A DNA stretch of 64,000 nt from Octopus sinensis (GCF_006345805.1 NC_043003.1:29822001-29886000); one strand, 5' to 3'; numbered from the stretch's first letter, positions 49,374 to 63,234 are shown. Numbers and translations: made by a program. The notes: a model not told the origin generated them from the letters alone.

Positions 49374-50607
49374 GTAGGCAATTGAAATGATCCTATTATT
49401 GTGATTTATTTGAAGAAAGTTCCCTGAACAGAAATACACCCATTGACTAATGTTTGCATCAGATTTTTCTTTAATCCCTAAAGGAGTTGGGGGAGACAGT
49501 TTATGTTTGTGAGATGTAATAGCTAAGTGATTCAAATGTAGGATTACAAGACTTGTAACTGACAAGGTGTATATTACACTGTCTTCAGAGGTCAGCAAAG
49601 TAGTCAGTATTGACCTCTGGGATCTATGTGGCTTTAAACACTTGAAATGATTTCAGGTATTAAGGATACAGGATTATTAGTGAACTGTTTTTTGTACATG
49701 AATAAGATTCAATTAACAAAGGTCTGTCTGAAATACAATATGAAAATTCAAAACACCTTAGTATATATATCTTGTCATTGGCATATCCTACTAAACATGA
49801 AGTGCCAACTTGGCCAATTGGTAAGCCTATTAAGGACAAGTGCACACTTTTTATGATGACATTGAGACAACATAGAATAAATCTAAAAGTGCGCTGTAAT
49901 TTAGAGCTAAAAACTTAATTTCCACTTAAAATCAATGCAATAACAAGTATTATCCAATGACATATTTCACATTAAATATTCCAATTATATGACTGAATTT
50001 TTACTGTTCTTTATTAATTTCATTAAATTTCTTTAAATTAATGACAGAAAAAAATTAAGGAATTATTGTTTTAACTCAAGAAATTTATTACTAATTATAC
50101 TTTTTAATTTCATTTTAGAAATTTACAAAGATTCATGAAGTGGGGACATAAAGAATTTGCCAATTCCTAGTCTAGATTAAAATTAGTGTTACTCCCTTTT
50201 TGCTACCAAGAAATTTGTAGTATGAATAAAAAGGACAGATGCTAAAAAACTCAGAACTTTGCATTTTAGTTCTAAACTCATAACTTCCTTTACAACACAG
50301 TACTATATAAGACTGCATCAGTCAACCATCTTGAAGTGCACAAGAATCATACTAACTTTGTTTACATTCAGTTAGAGAGAAAATTTTAATCCATTCTTCT
50401 GTCATTTGTTTCTGTTTTGTGATGCATTAATTACAGGACTGGGCCACTTGACTTAGAAATCAACAGGATCTTAAGTATTAAGTATTCCACTAATCCAAGA
50501 TATTGTTTTTTATATATCGAGTGATATGGTGTATGGAAGCATTGTGAATGAAATGAATACAACTAATTTTTGGTTGACTAATATCTTCCTCAATTTTTTC
50601 TTTTTAG

Positions 50608-50772
50608 TTATTAATGGGTATTTTAAACATGGGTATTATTGTTCGACTGATGTCCGACTCTCTTGTAAGTGGATTTTCTTGTGGTGTTGCTATATATATA
50701 ATTAGCAGTCAATTGAAGTACATCTTAGGACTAACAGTGCAACGTTACACTGGAGTGCTTAGTGTACCAATG
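50608..50772 (+). CDS. SLC26 exon (165 bp)
   Basis: TTTTAG|LLMGILNMGIIVRLMSDSLVSGFSCGVAIYIISSQLKYILGL..VPM|GTAAGT; phase 0/0. Confidence 0.95.
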
Positions 50773-51214
50773 GTAAGTAAAATAAAATTCTCATTTTATT
50801 CTCGGAAGAGATAGCTAGTTATTCTAATTTAGACATACCATTTATTCCATATTTCTTTGGTCATTTATATTTTAATACATTTTATACCATATAAATTGTA
50901 CACCACACACACACCATATAAATTATACCACCCACACACACACACACATTGTATAAGTATCATCTACAACAGCCTTGGGTTAACCAAAGCCTTGTGACTG
51001 GATTTGGTAGATAGAAATAGAAAGAACCCCACCATATATATATATATATACTTTTATTAAAGCACCAAAATTATCACAAGCTTATCTTGTGATAATTTTT
51101 CAGCTTTAATGAAAGCATATTATTCTACCTTTGGTATTTGAGTACTATTTTTTTCCACCTTATTTTGCACTTATGTGCTCACCTGTGTGTGTGTGTATAT
51201 ATGTATATATATAT

Positions 51215-52845
51215 ATATTAAGGTTAAATAAGGATGGTTTATGTGATTACCTTAGGTTTCACATCTATAAAGGGTTTAGCTTTATGGCATATCATCAGAT
51301 CCCAAAACCTTTCGGATATCCTGAAAGAGGATCTGTGGTTGGAGAGGCTTTGTTTGAACAAGTTCCCAGAACAGCCAATGTATCTCCAGACCTCAACATC
51401 CATAGAAGGAAGTGCTATAGAAATATCACTTGGTCCCCCCACACTGCTTCTCCCTTAACATAAAAACATCAGTAGGTAGGATATTCTTTAAGTTAATAGA
51501 TAAACATTTCACAAGTTCACATAGGTATGGATACATTTTTAACAGGCACAACCTTAGGGTCTCTTTTAGCTATACCTCCAATATTAAGAGTATTCTAGTT
51601 AGCACCCCCAGACCATGATTGGAGGCAGGATGTTCATGCAGGGACTGCAACAGGTGCCCAGTAAGGGGCTACTGCAAAACCAAAGGAGTCGTCAATGAAG
51701 CTGCGGTACTACCTGACCCTAACAGCGGCAGTAGCATCAACAGCTTCCCTAACGGCTACAGTAGCAGGCTCGACAACTCCAATAGCAGTGGCAGCAGTAT
51801 CGACACCAGTGATAACAACAATAACAACAACAGCAGTATCTCTAATGGAAATAGCAGCAGAGCCATCGCCACTGACATCTATAACAGCAATGACAGTGCT
51901 TCCATCAATGACAATGGCCATAATAAGAACAACAGCACCTTTACCAGCAGGAGCGGCAACAACACCACTGCCATCTCCAATGATGTCAACACCAACACCA
52001 CCAGTACCAACAGTAACAGCAGCCGTTCAAGAATTTGGACCTGGAGATCTCCATTTCCAGCGACTTCGAGGGCCGCCTCCCAGTGGTGTCGGGCGTCAAC
52101 GAAGAGCCCTCAACTACAACAAGACGACCAAAGTTTGTATTTTCCAAGGTCTGGGGTCTCCCACCCCTAAGCCCTAAATCATCACTTAATCACCCTTACC
52201 CATCTTGTTGCTTAACAACAACAACAACAGCAGCAGCAGCAGCAGGAACATCAATACCAACAGACACAGCACCGCGAACACCCGACCATGGAGATACATT
52301 GGCTGTTCTGGGAACTCATTCAAACAACACCTCACAAACCACGGATCCTCTTTCAAGATACCGGAAAGGAGATACATCACTTCATTAACCAGCCATGTAT
52401 GAAAGCTGATAGACAACAGGATTCCATACACAGTATCATGGAGAATCCTAGAAAATCCAGGCCCCTACACAAGCAGGACCAAGTACTGTAAATTATGCAT
52501 AGTGGAAAGGAAGAGGATCCTAAAGGACTCCCTCAACCCAGGGAACATCCTTAACTCCAGGACAGAGGTCTTCAGATCATGCTTACATTTCAGGAAATTC
52601 CTCCTGGCCTATTGGAACCCACAGGGTGGCAGAGTCACCAGTAATCGATAGCCGAACGGATATGATCCACTTTGTTGATATTGAGTAGCAGGGTCTTTTC
52701 CTCCTTCTTCCAGAGAGACCACTTGCTAGAGAGGCCTTAAACCAACAGGTTTGGGAATTTGATGATACGTCATAAAGCTAAACCCTTTATGGATATGAAA
52801 CCTAAGGTAATACCATAAACTGGCCTTATCTAACTTCAATATATA
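51215..52845 (+). mobile_element. Penelope-like element with GIY-YIG, pseudo-LTR and inverted 5' copy (intronic)
   Basis: LIDKHF..IFNRHNLRVSFS, CSCRDCNRCPVRGYC, WRYIGCSGNSFKQHLTNHGSSF and CKLC..E..I motifs. 51225-51310 is the reverse complement of 52750-52840, and 51320-51390 of 52281-52370. Confidence 0.88.
51243..51303 (-). ncRNA. Type I hammerhead ribozyme in the inverted pseudo-LTR
   Basis: GAU-CUGAUGA..AUAAAG/CUUUAU..GAAA-CC-UAA-G-GUA-AUC. The core is intact; the base of stem II pairs poorly. Confidence 0.6.
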
Positions 52846-52902
52846 TACTGCTCTGTAACTTAGAGTGTGCTTCATTTTTTTTTACTTATGTTTTTATAAA
52901 TG

Positions 52903-52958
<56 letters not shown>

Positions 52959-55205
52959 TATGTATGTCTGTGACTGTCTCCTTGCTTTGACATTGCATAA
53001 TAGTTGTAAACAAATGTCACCATCATGAAAAAATATTCTTCCTTTCCAATTCTCTGTGAAAACTTATCTGGACATGGGAAAGCATTATGTTACTCAGAAA
53101 TGAATGAGGGTTGGTAACAGAAAAGGCATCTAGACATAGAAAATCTGCCTCAACATATTCCGTTTAACCCATGCATTATAATGATGGTAATGATAAACAG
53201 ATCAGTTGAGATATGGTCATTATCATCATCATCATCATTGTTTTAATACCCATTTTTACATGCTTGCTTGGATCTGATGAAATACACTGAAGCACATTTT
53301 CTATGGCTTTTCAGTCACCAAAACCTCTCTTGTTTTGAAACAAGGTCATATTTTGTCTTGTCTTTCAAACACAAATAGTCAAGGGTGATAGCAGTAAACA
53401 CTTGCCCAAGGTCTCATACTGTGGGACTGAACCGAAAACCACATGGTGGCAGCTGTGATGTTGTTGTTTGATGTCCATAAGCCAGTGGGCTGTGTAGGGC
53501 TCCAATGTTTGTTTTTGACAAGGTTTCTATGGCTGAATACTCTCCTAACATCAACCACTTTACAGAGTGTACTGGGTACTTTTATTGTGGCACCAACTCT
53601 AGTAAGAATCACCAACTAACTTGCAAGGCAAGACTCCTTGACAGAAAAGGGATGCAGGAAGGGTATCTGGCCAATGAAATTCTGTCTCAATAAACTCCAT
53701 CTGCCCCATGCAAGCATGGAAGATTGGAAATTAAATGATGATGATGACAATGTCAGCAGCAGTAGTGCCTATGATGACAATGACAATGATGATGACAATG
53801 ACAATGATGATGACAATGATGATGACAATGATGATCTAAAGGACTTTAACAGTGAATAAAGGGAAGATATAGAGCAAACTTTCAAAGCAATTCAAATATG
53901 TTTGTGATATATTTGACATGCGAAAAGGCAATTTCTATTGCAGTTTGTCATGGAGAAAATTCTCAATTTAGGCAGCAGGCTTAAAAACACTGACAGTCAT
54001 CTCAGAGTGCCTTGTTGTAGGCTGGTAAATGCATTTCTAGCTATTTGACCACTACAAGAGAGACACACCCTTCCATATAGAAAACCAGTAGAAACAATCT
54101 ACTGCCTGAGCTCAGTCATGAAGCTTAACTATAATAATCACATGAAACAGTATTGTGGAATAAACAAACTTTCAAACCAGTTCAAATATGCTTGTGACAT
54201 ATTTGACTCATGAAAAGGCCATTTTTACTGCAGTCTGCTATGAAAAAATTCTTGCAGTCAGTAGATAGATTCTACTGATTTTCAATAAGGAAGCTGTAAT
54301 CTCCAAAGTCATTCCAAGTTTGTTTCCCTAGTACTACCTATGATAGCCAAATGGCTAGAAATGCATTTGTCTGTCTACTACTGGGTGCCCTGAGATGACT
54401 TGTTGGTGTTTTAACACCTGTTGCCTCAAGCAAAAATTTTCCCCTTGGCAAACCCTAGTAAAAATAACCTATTTACTGGTCAAATATATCAAACATATTT
54501 GAAATGAATTATTTATTCTACAACATTGATCTATGTGCATAGTGTATAAGATAGAGAGGTTTCTGAGAAATCCATCACAGCAGAAATTGGAATGTTCCAG
54601 CATGTTTACAGATATGTGATTAAAATACACCATAATCATTGAGCAGACAAATCAGCACAAGGATTAAATAACTGCAGGGGAAATTTTTTTCATTACTTTA
54701 CAGTTGAAAACAGATAATGTTTTGTTTTCTGAGAATATCACATTACATATAAGCACAAAAGGTTTGTAACTAGAGAACACAAATCCAATTGTAAAAATAC
54801 ATATATTTTAAATGATACGTGTACATATTTTGTGACATAAATTAGAGGACATGATATGCAAATGCAGAGAGATAAAAGAAACCAACAATAGAGTTATTTA
54901 ATATATTTTGGATGTTAGATAGAGAGGGGGAGAAGGAGAAAGAGAGAGGGAGAGTTGAGGTGAAAAAGAACTGGAGTAAGAGAGGAAAAGAGAGAGAGGA
55001 AGACCCAAAAAGGAGGAGAGAAAGAGAGAGTGTGAAAGAGGTGAGGTGAAAGAGAACTGAAGAGGGAGAGAGCCAGAGAGAAAAGGAGAGAGAGTTGGGG
55101 TGAGAGACAGACGGAGAGAGCTGGAGAGATAGAGAGTTGAAGAGAGTGCTGGGGACAGAGGGGGAGCAGGAGAAAAAGAGCCAGAGACTGAGAGATAGGG
55201 AGGGA

Positions 55206-55208
<3 letters not shown>

Positions 55209-55278
<70 letters not shown>
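55209..55278. repeat. (GA)n microsatellite ending a ~350-bp polypurine tract (from ~54920)
   Basis: Seen directly. Confidence 0.95.
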
Positions 55279-55281
<3 letters not shown>

Positions 55282-56419
55282 CTATGAACTGGTCAGTGAC
55301 ATGAAAGTTTTCTTGTAAAGAATATATCTATACAGAGAAGTGACTATTAGTTAAGAAGAGCAGAGAGAATGAAAATTTGTCACTGTGGAGAAGAATTAGT
55401 ATCTTTGACTGGAACTAAGGAAGATGTGATTTTTAAAAGGTGACCAGTTTGTGAATTGGTCAGTGTTAAGCCATTGTTTCATGGTTGTCAAGTAAGATTG
55501 CATCTCAGGAATCAGAAAATAAACAGCTGAGTTGCATGTCTGCTGTTTTCTAAAAGAACTAAATCTCAACCCTTTTGATACTACCTGAGATTGCCCTTAG
55601 TTCTGTGATAGATTTTTCCTGTTTTACAGCAATTTAAAGTAAAACCTTTCCATCCAAATTCTATCTTTCTTTTCTCTTATTTTTTATTTGTTTCAATCAT
55701 TATACTATTACGATGCTGAGGTGCCACCTTAAAGGATTTTAGTTGAATGAATTGACCATCATAATACTTTTTTTTGAGCCTGGTACTTACTGTATTGGTC
55801 TCTTTAACCAAACTGCTAAGTTACAGGGATGTAAGCATAACAAAAGTTATCAAGCAGTAGTAGGGGACAAAGACAGACAGACACACACACACACACATAT
55901 GTATCATCATCACCATCATCATTATCGTTTAACGTCTGTTTTCCATGCTAGCATGGGTTGGACGGTTTGACCAGGGTCTGGGAAACCAGGAGGCTGCACC
56001 AGGCTCCAGTCTGATTTGGCAGTGTTTCTACAGCTGGATGCCCTTCCTAACGCCAACCACTCTGTGAGTGTAGTGGGTGCTTTTTATGTGCCACCAGCAC
56101 AGGAGCCAGAGGAGGCTGGCAAATGGCCATGATAGGTTGGTGCTTTTTATGTGTCACCAACATGGACGCCAGTCAGGTGGCACTGGCATCGGCCACATTT
56201 GGAAGGTGTTTTACCTGCCACCGGCATGGGTATCTTAACTACAATTTCCATTTGATTTTTATTTTGATGTTGGTGTTGACGTGTGGTAAGTAGCTTGCTT
56301 ACCAACCACATGGTTCCGTGGCACCTTGGGCAAGTGTTTTCTACTATAGCCTCGGGCCAACCAAAGCCTTGTGAGTGGATTTGGTAAACGGAAACTGAAA
56401 GAAGCCTGTCGTATATATG

Positions 56420-56468
<49 letters not shown>

Positions 56469-56665
56469 TCAGGGGACAAATACAGACACACAAATATATA
56501 CACACACATACATACCTATATATATATATATATATATAAACTTACTTGGAGGAAAGAAACGAAACGACGTGAGGCGCTCAGTCATATAATAACAATTTAA
56601 TAAATAAATTATATGCATACATACATACATATATGTACGTACCTACATCTATATGTATATATACA

Positions 56666-56699
<34 letters not shown>

Positions 56700-56929
56700 T
56701 TTCTTTACTACCCACAAGGGGCTAAACACAGAGAGGACAAACAATGACAGACAAACAGATTAAGTCGATTATATCGACCCCAGTATGTAACTGGTACTTA
56801 TTTAATCGACCCCTAAAGGATGAAAGGCAAAGTCGACCTCGGCGGAATTTGAACTCAGAACGTAGTGGCAGATGAAATACCGATAAGCATTTCACCTGGC
56901 GTGCTAACGATTCTGCCAGCTTGCCGCCT
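56700..56929 (-). mobile_element. Young tRNA-derived SINE (4380 family)
   Basis: Head aaggcggcaagctggcagaatcg, B box gagttcaaattcc; CpGs retained. Confidence 0.85.
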
Positions 56930-57082
56930 TTTATATATATGAGTACAAGACACCACAAATAAACGTATTGTATTGTTTGTCTTGTACTCTGTTTTTTCGT
57001 TGTTAAAAAAAAGTCCGTTTCCTAGTTTGTTTTTATGTTTTCCTTTCGCGTTGTGTTCTACGTTTATTTGTGGTGTCCTGTA

Positions 57083-57148
<66 letters not shown>

Positions 57149-57470
57149 TGTATATATACATATAGATGTAGGTACGTACATATATGTATGTATGTATGCA
57201 TATATTTTATTTATTAAATTGTTATTATATATATATTTATATATATATATATATATATATACAAAATAAGAAAATGGAGAAACACATCTTAATCAATGAT
57301 CAACTACCAGATAATACCCAATCACATAATTTATTAAACCACTACATATGAACATTAAGGTCAAACATAATAATATAGAACAAAACAATGTATATGAAAG
57401 AGTAATATGATACATTAAGTACAGCATGTATAAGTGAATATAAATAAATACAAATATAAATATAAACTAC

Positions 57471-57597
57471 ATCTTACAGCTGTTTCGGCCATGCAGATAT
57501 GGGTGTCTCATTATGCTCATATTAGCCATATGTGATAGGTCAATATGTAGTTATAAATGAGACACTTACAAGAATATCCCAAGGCCTCTTCAGAGAT
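57471..57597 (-). ncRNA. Type I hammerhead ribozyme with ~100-nt extended stem II
   Basis: AUCU-CUGAAGA-GGCC[insert]GGCC-GAAAC-AGCU-GUA-AGAU. Inner helices GUGUCUCAUU/AAUGAGACAC and CAUAUU/AAUAUG. Confidence 0.78.
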
Positions 57598-59121
57598 TAT
57601 GAAATACAAACTAAATTAAATATGAATATCAGAGGAGGTACACCCATACAAGAGTGGGTACATACCCATAATATATAATATACACATACATATGAGTGCA
57701 TATACCCATACTCCTATGCATATATATATATACATATACATAATAATATAAATCAATATACATACATATGTTCAATATTCAATGTTACAGTTGGTATATG
57801 TGTGTGTGTGTATATATATATATAGGTATGTATGTATGTGTGTGTATATGTTTGTGTCTGTATTTGTCCCCCCAACATCGCTTGACAACCGTTGGTGGTG
57901 TGTTTACATCCCTGTAACTTAGCAGTTTGGCAAAAGAGACCAACAGAATAAGTACTAGGCTTCCAAAGAATAAGTCCTGGGGTCAATTTGCTTGACTAAA
58001 GGCGGTGCTCCAGCATGACTGCAGTCAAATGACTGAAACAAGTAAAAGATAAAAGATAAAGGTGTGTACATTTATACTGCATTATGTTGATTCTTGCTGC
58101 TTTGTGTGTAGACATGCTTTGTATGTAGACATACAAGTTACCTTGCTCCATGCTGCCAGTGTTTATCCAAGGGGTGGGCTACTGACTAGGGCTGGTATAG
58201 CTTGACACCATTGGCATTGCAGGCATTGATATCAGAATGCAAATAACCAAAGCAAACACTACAATGTGAGATCCTCTAACAGTTTTGCCAATTCACCACC
58301 CTGTATTGATTCTATTTTCATTGACTCTGAAAGGGTGAAAGGCAAAGTTGACCTTGGTGGGATTTGAACTCAGGCTGTTGAGATTCCAAAGCAAATACTG
58401 TGATGTATTCTATCCAATGCTCTTATGACTCGATCAATTTGTTGCCTTAAAAGCTCTTACTGAGAAACAGGGAAAGAAATTTTTTCATCATCATACTTGA
58501 TATATCCCCACTTGACCTCTTTTGGTATTGCTATTATGAACTTTGATAAGAAGTGATCTGCTGTTGCACAACAACATACCACCTAATTTTGTTCTTGTCA
58601 CATTTGTATATTTCTTCCTTGAGCCAATAAAGGATTATTTGTGTGGTCACTTGACCTGCTGAAAATAGCAGTCAAATTTCTCTCAAATTCCACCTTATCA
58701 CCATCATCATCCTCATTATCATTTTAATGTCCACTTTTCCATGCATGAGTCAGATGGAATTTGTGGAGGAAAATCTACACAGCATGATGCCCTCACCTGT
58801 TTCTATGAAAGGTAATACTTTCTCACAGCTGGGTATGTCTTTTATGGAAGACTGCAAATAGACGACTTTGTTTTGTATGAAAGTGATGCTCATTCACAAC
58901 CATCACAAGATATATATGTTGTTGTGTTTACATCCCTGAAATTTTGCTGTTTGGCAAAACACACCAATAGAAGTAATAAGCATACAAAGAATAAATCATG
59001 GGGTCGATTTCTTCAACTAAAGGCAATGCTCCAGTATGGCCATAGTCACATGACTGAAACAAGTGAAACAATTAAAAAACTATGCCATTTTAATCCCAAG
59101 CAACGCCAGGTATCTCTGCTA

Positions 59122-59164
<43 letters not shown>

Positions 59165-59741
59165 TACATATAATTATATACATATGCACATACACACGCA
59201 CACGCACAACAGGCTTCTTTCAGTTTTCATCTATCAAATCCACTCACAAGTCTTTGGTTAGCTTTTTCTGTGATCCTTTGTTGATTTCTTCTTTCTATCT
59301 GTTAAAATACCCAAGTTAGGAAGTCACACATCAATCATATCAATTTCATTTATTCTCATTGTGCTTGTTTTTATATTAATTTCTTTATACCAGTTAGATT
59401 TGGATGAGTTTTAAATGTAGCATTATTCCCTGTGTTTTAATGTCTTAATCCTCCATAGTATCACCCATGAAACCCAGTCTTCCCTTGTTCCTCCTCTCTA
59501 TCATTATTTCCCCACTTTTAACCCATAACACTTTTCTCCCAACATGCAATAGCCATGTCAAATTGTATCATTAATTAACACAGCTTCTCTGAAACTAGGT
59601 AGCATTTAAACATTTTATTGCAGTTGTAACATTGCTGTAGAAGTGAGATAGTCTGTGTAAAACCTTTATAAAAATATGTGTGAGATTAATTATTTATAAG
59701 CTGCATACATTTAATCATATTCTTTTCCTCAACATTTGCAG

Positions 59742-59897
59742 ACAATTGTGGCAGTTGCGAAACTTCTCCCAAAATGTAACTACCCAGAACTTCTATTATC
59801 AATTGTTGTCATGGTGATCATCTACTTAGTCAAGGTGTACATCAATGAAAAATTTAAAACTCGGTTATTAATACCAGTCCCTATTGATTTAATCATG
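59742..59897 (+). CDS. SLC26 exon (156 bp)
   Basis: TTTGCAG|TIVAVAKLL..INEKFKTRLLIPVPIDLIM|GTAAGC; phase 0/0. Confidence 0.93.
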
Positions 59898-60199
59898 GTA
59901 AGCTTCAGTTTCTTATTACAATCCTTCCTTTATTTCGCACTGTAATTAACAGAGTGTAACTACAGCATCTTGAAATCATTTATCATTTCACAAGTCTTCC
60001 TTGGTTTCTCTTTTCCGCTGGTTATAGTCAATTTGAGCTCTTGGTACATATACAGCTGTCATACTCCTTACACATTATGTATCAATAGGATCATAATCCT
60101 CTATCTTGCACACCACGACTGGTTTGTTTTAAATTCAATTTTTCTCTCTGCTCATTTGTTCTCTGATGTTCATGCACACTAGCAATATACTTGCAATAG

Positions 60200-61030
60200 A
60201 ACATGCTTACTTTATTTTTTCCTAGTCTTTGCAAGTACACTGCAAATATGGCCTATGTCTTATTACCTTACAACATCAGAGTTCAAATCCAATTATCAGA
60301 CAGTCTGCTTTGCAATCTAACCAAGTCAGCAGAGATATTTCCTAGCTATTATACTTTTGGAACAACTTTCTCCATTACTGATTATGTTATCTGTGTAACA
60401 TAAGCTATCATCTATTTCTAGGGAGCCTTCCAGACATCAAAGAAAATCTTCTTCCTACATGCTCTTAGTGTTTATTGCTCCTGTGCATCTACCACAAAAT
60501 CTACTTTCTCTGTTAACATGTTTGCGATTCCACTATACTTTTTGTGGCACCATAGTTTACACACATTCAACGTATTCCTACAGGCTACAACAGAGGAGTT
60601 TCAAACTGGATAAAGAAACTTCTAGCCAATCTGAAACTCCTCCATTGTGGTCTGTGGGACTTTATTGAACTTGAGGGGACTAAGAACTGAGTCTTGATGA
60701 ACACATACTCACATGCTCTTCTTGCTGACTCTCACTTTGCTGTATGTCTCGAATATCTTCCACACTTTGAATTTCTTCTCTAAGTCACTCATAAAGACTG
60801 GGCCATTTACATGTTATAACTTGGAGAACTATAACAAATAGGAGTGAAGCTGAAAAATGAGTCTTGTTGAGCACCTACTTACACACTAAATTCCTTGCTG
60901 AACTTACTTCTATGTACAGAAATGCAGTCAACTCTCACTTTATTGACTGCATCTCTGTACATGGACTTCACAAATCTTTCATCTACTTCTGGTCAACCCC
61001 TCTGATACCAGCATGCCTGAGACTACACCT
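60200..61030 (-). mobile_element. Old decayed RTE LINE fragment
   Basis: The minus strand parallels the RT region of the 19497 element (equivalents of MY.DA..KVR, SASLLFVIVLQ, KW....ES.G.RVN) with many stops. Confidence 0.65.
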
Positions 61031-61321
61031 GGTTCTTTAAAAACAAAATTCCTATTTAAAGTGATCTAAACTAAGAACTTCCATAGAAGACTCAATTTAA
61101 TAATAATAAAGTTATATTGAAACTTACATGCCATGTACAGGAAACATTTTACCACTTCTATACACCACTTTACTTGAATAATGGAACTGCAACTACAATG
61201 TCTTATGTTTTATTTCTACTTTCATTCTCTTATTTCCCTCTGTATTCATTATCTCCTCCTTTTCCACAATAATTCCTTATTTTGAACCCAAACATTTACC
61301 ACTATTTAACCATCTCACATT

Positions 61322-61369
61322 GTCTCTGATGAAGGGATATCTATAATATCCCAGAAACAACTATAAGAC
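61322..61369 (+). ncRNA. Decayed hammerhead of the 23820 family
   Basis: GUCU-CUGAUGA-A-GGGAUAU/AUAUCCC-A-GAAAC-AACU-AUA-AGAC; GUA is changed to AUA. Confidence 0.55.
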
Positions 61370-61613
61370 TATATCTATATCTCTTTCTTTATAAATATTC
61401 TGAAAACTCCTTACAGCCTTGGCTTTGTTATCTATTTTTTGTCTAATGTATATATATATATATATATATATATACATACATGCTACTACAAGAACCACAT
61501 TAAACTTCTCAGTCATATCACTATCAAACCAAGAGTTTAACTATGGTGTGTCCATAGCACTTACTTAGCATTACCTGCCACTCTTTGGGTCTTCTAGATA
61601 CCAATACCTTATT

Positions 61614-61664
<51 letters not shown>

Positions 61665-62178
61665 CATACTGGATTGGTTCATTCAACTAAAAGGCCTTCA
61701 AAGTAGTGCCCCAGCATGGCCACAGCCTAATGACTGAAACAAGTAAAAGATAGAAGATAAAATACCCATGCATACATATATACATACACACATGTATAAG
61801 AATATATATATATATACATATATATATATAAAATGTAGCCTCTCATTTTCCCACTATTTCATTCTCTTTGTCTTCCTCTTAAGCTTTATCTCTTGCTATT
61901 TATTTAAAGAAATAATTTAGTGTAACATTGTCTGTTGATCATTTTATGACCCATACATATATGAAATCTGGCTGTATCTCAGTATGTTTTCACACTCTTC
62001 TTTGTAGCTAAAGTGTGAGGGTCAACACACACTCCACATCTTAGTATTTTTTCTGAACCAAATTTTTAACTTTTAATTCACCTGAAGAAAATAGTATTTT
62101 TCATGATGTGATCAAATTATTCTTCAATAAAAAATGCTTCTGAAACAGCTGTATATTCACACACACACACGCACACCC

Positions 62179-62213
<35 letters not shown>

Positions 62214-62287
62214 TATTTAATAATATCAGGGCAAGAAAAATTTTAGAATTTTTTACTAGTCAATAATAATATAACGTCTAAATACAC

Positions 62288-62326
<39 letters not shown>

Positions 62327-62530
62327 CATACATACACACACACACACACATACATATATTGCCCAAAATGGTCATGACTTCTGGGGCTTGACTGATGAAA
62401 GAAAGCCAAGAATGACCCATCTTTTTGTTGCCTGTCCTTCTAATTGTTGTTTCTCTTGTCTGCTTATGTATCGTAAATCTCTCCAAATGTATTAATGCCC
62501 TCTATTGTGTTTTTGTTCCATTCTTATGTT

Positions 62531-62573
<43 letters not shown>

Positions 62574-62615
62574 TCATATATATACATACATATACATACA
62601 TACATACATACATAC

Positions 62616-62655
<40 letters not shown>

Positions 62656-62748
62656 GTACGTGTGTGTGTGTGTATGTATGTAATGTATGTATATACACAT
62701 ACACACACAAATATATATACATACATATATATATATATATGCTTGCAG

Positions 62749-62831
62749 GTGATTTTTTCAACAGTTGTCTCATATTATTTGAAACTCCATGAGAAAAATA
62801 ACTTTGTTGTTATTGGAGATATTCCATCTGG
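62749..62831 (+). CDS. SLC26 exon (83 bp); gene continues beyond the window
   Basis: TTGCAG|[29 protein letters not shown]|GTAAGA; phase 0/2; V.G.IP.G motif. Confidence 0.92.
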
Positions 62832-63234
62832 GTAAGATTAAGATTTTAATACTGTATTAAAAATGTTAATTTAATTGTTTCAACATCAGAAATAATTACA
62901 ATAAATAGAAATAATTTGATTAAGGAAAAAATATTTAGGTTTAGTTAACTCTAAATATTTCTGTCTTGTTACTCATTATCTGTAGTTAAATTATATCCTT
63001 TGGCATTGCTTGTTGGTCCTTTAGAAACCAGTTTATTATTTAGAAATCATTGTCCTCTTCATCATTGCTTTAACAACATCTACATGCCAAGCAAGGTAAT
63101 ATTTGCTCATGACCACACAAGTTTCTGCACAATATTGGAAATGGACGACACTGCTTATATCACCGAGACACTCATTTGCACAATGTCAAATCAAGTAAAC
63201 ACAAACATGCACACACTCACATGCATGATTACAT

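Noticed and set aside
51695-52177. Mucin-like Thr/Ala-rich ORF
   Set aside because: Alternative frame of the trinucleotide expansion inside the Penelope relic.
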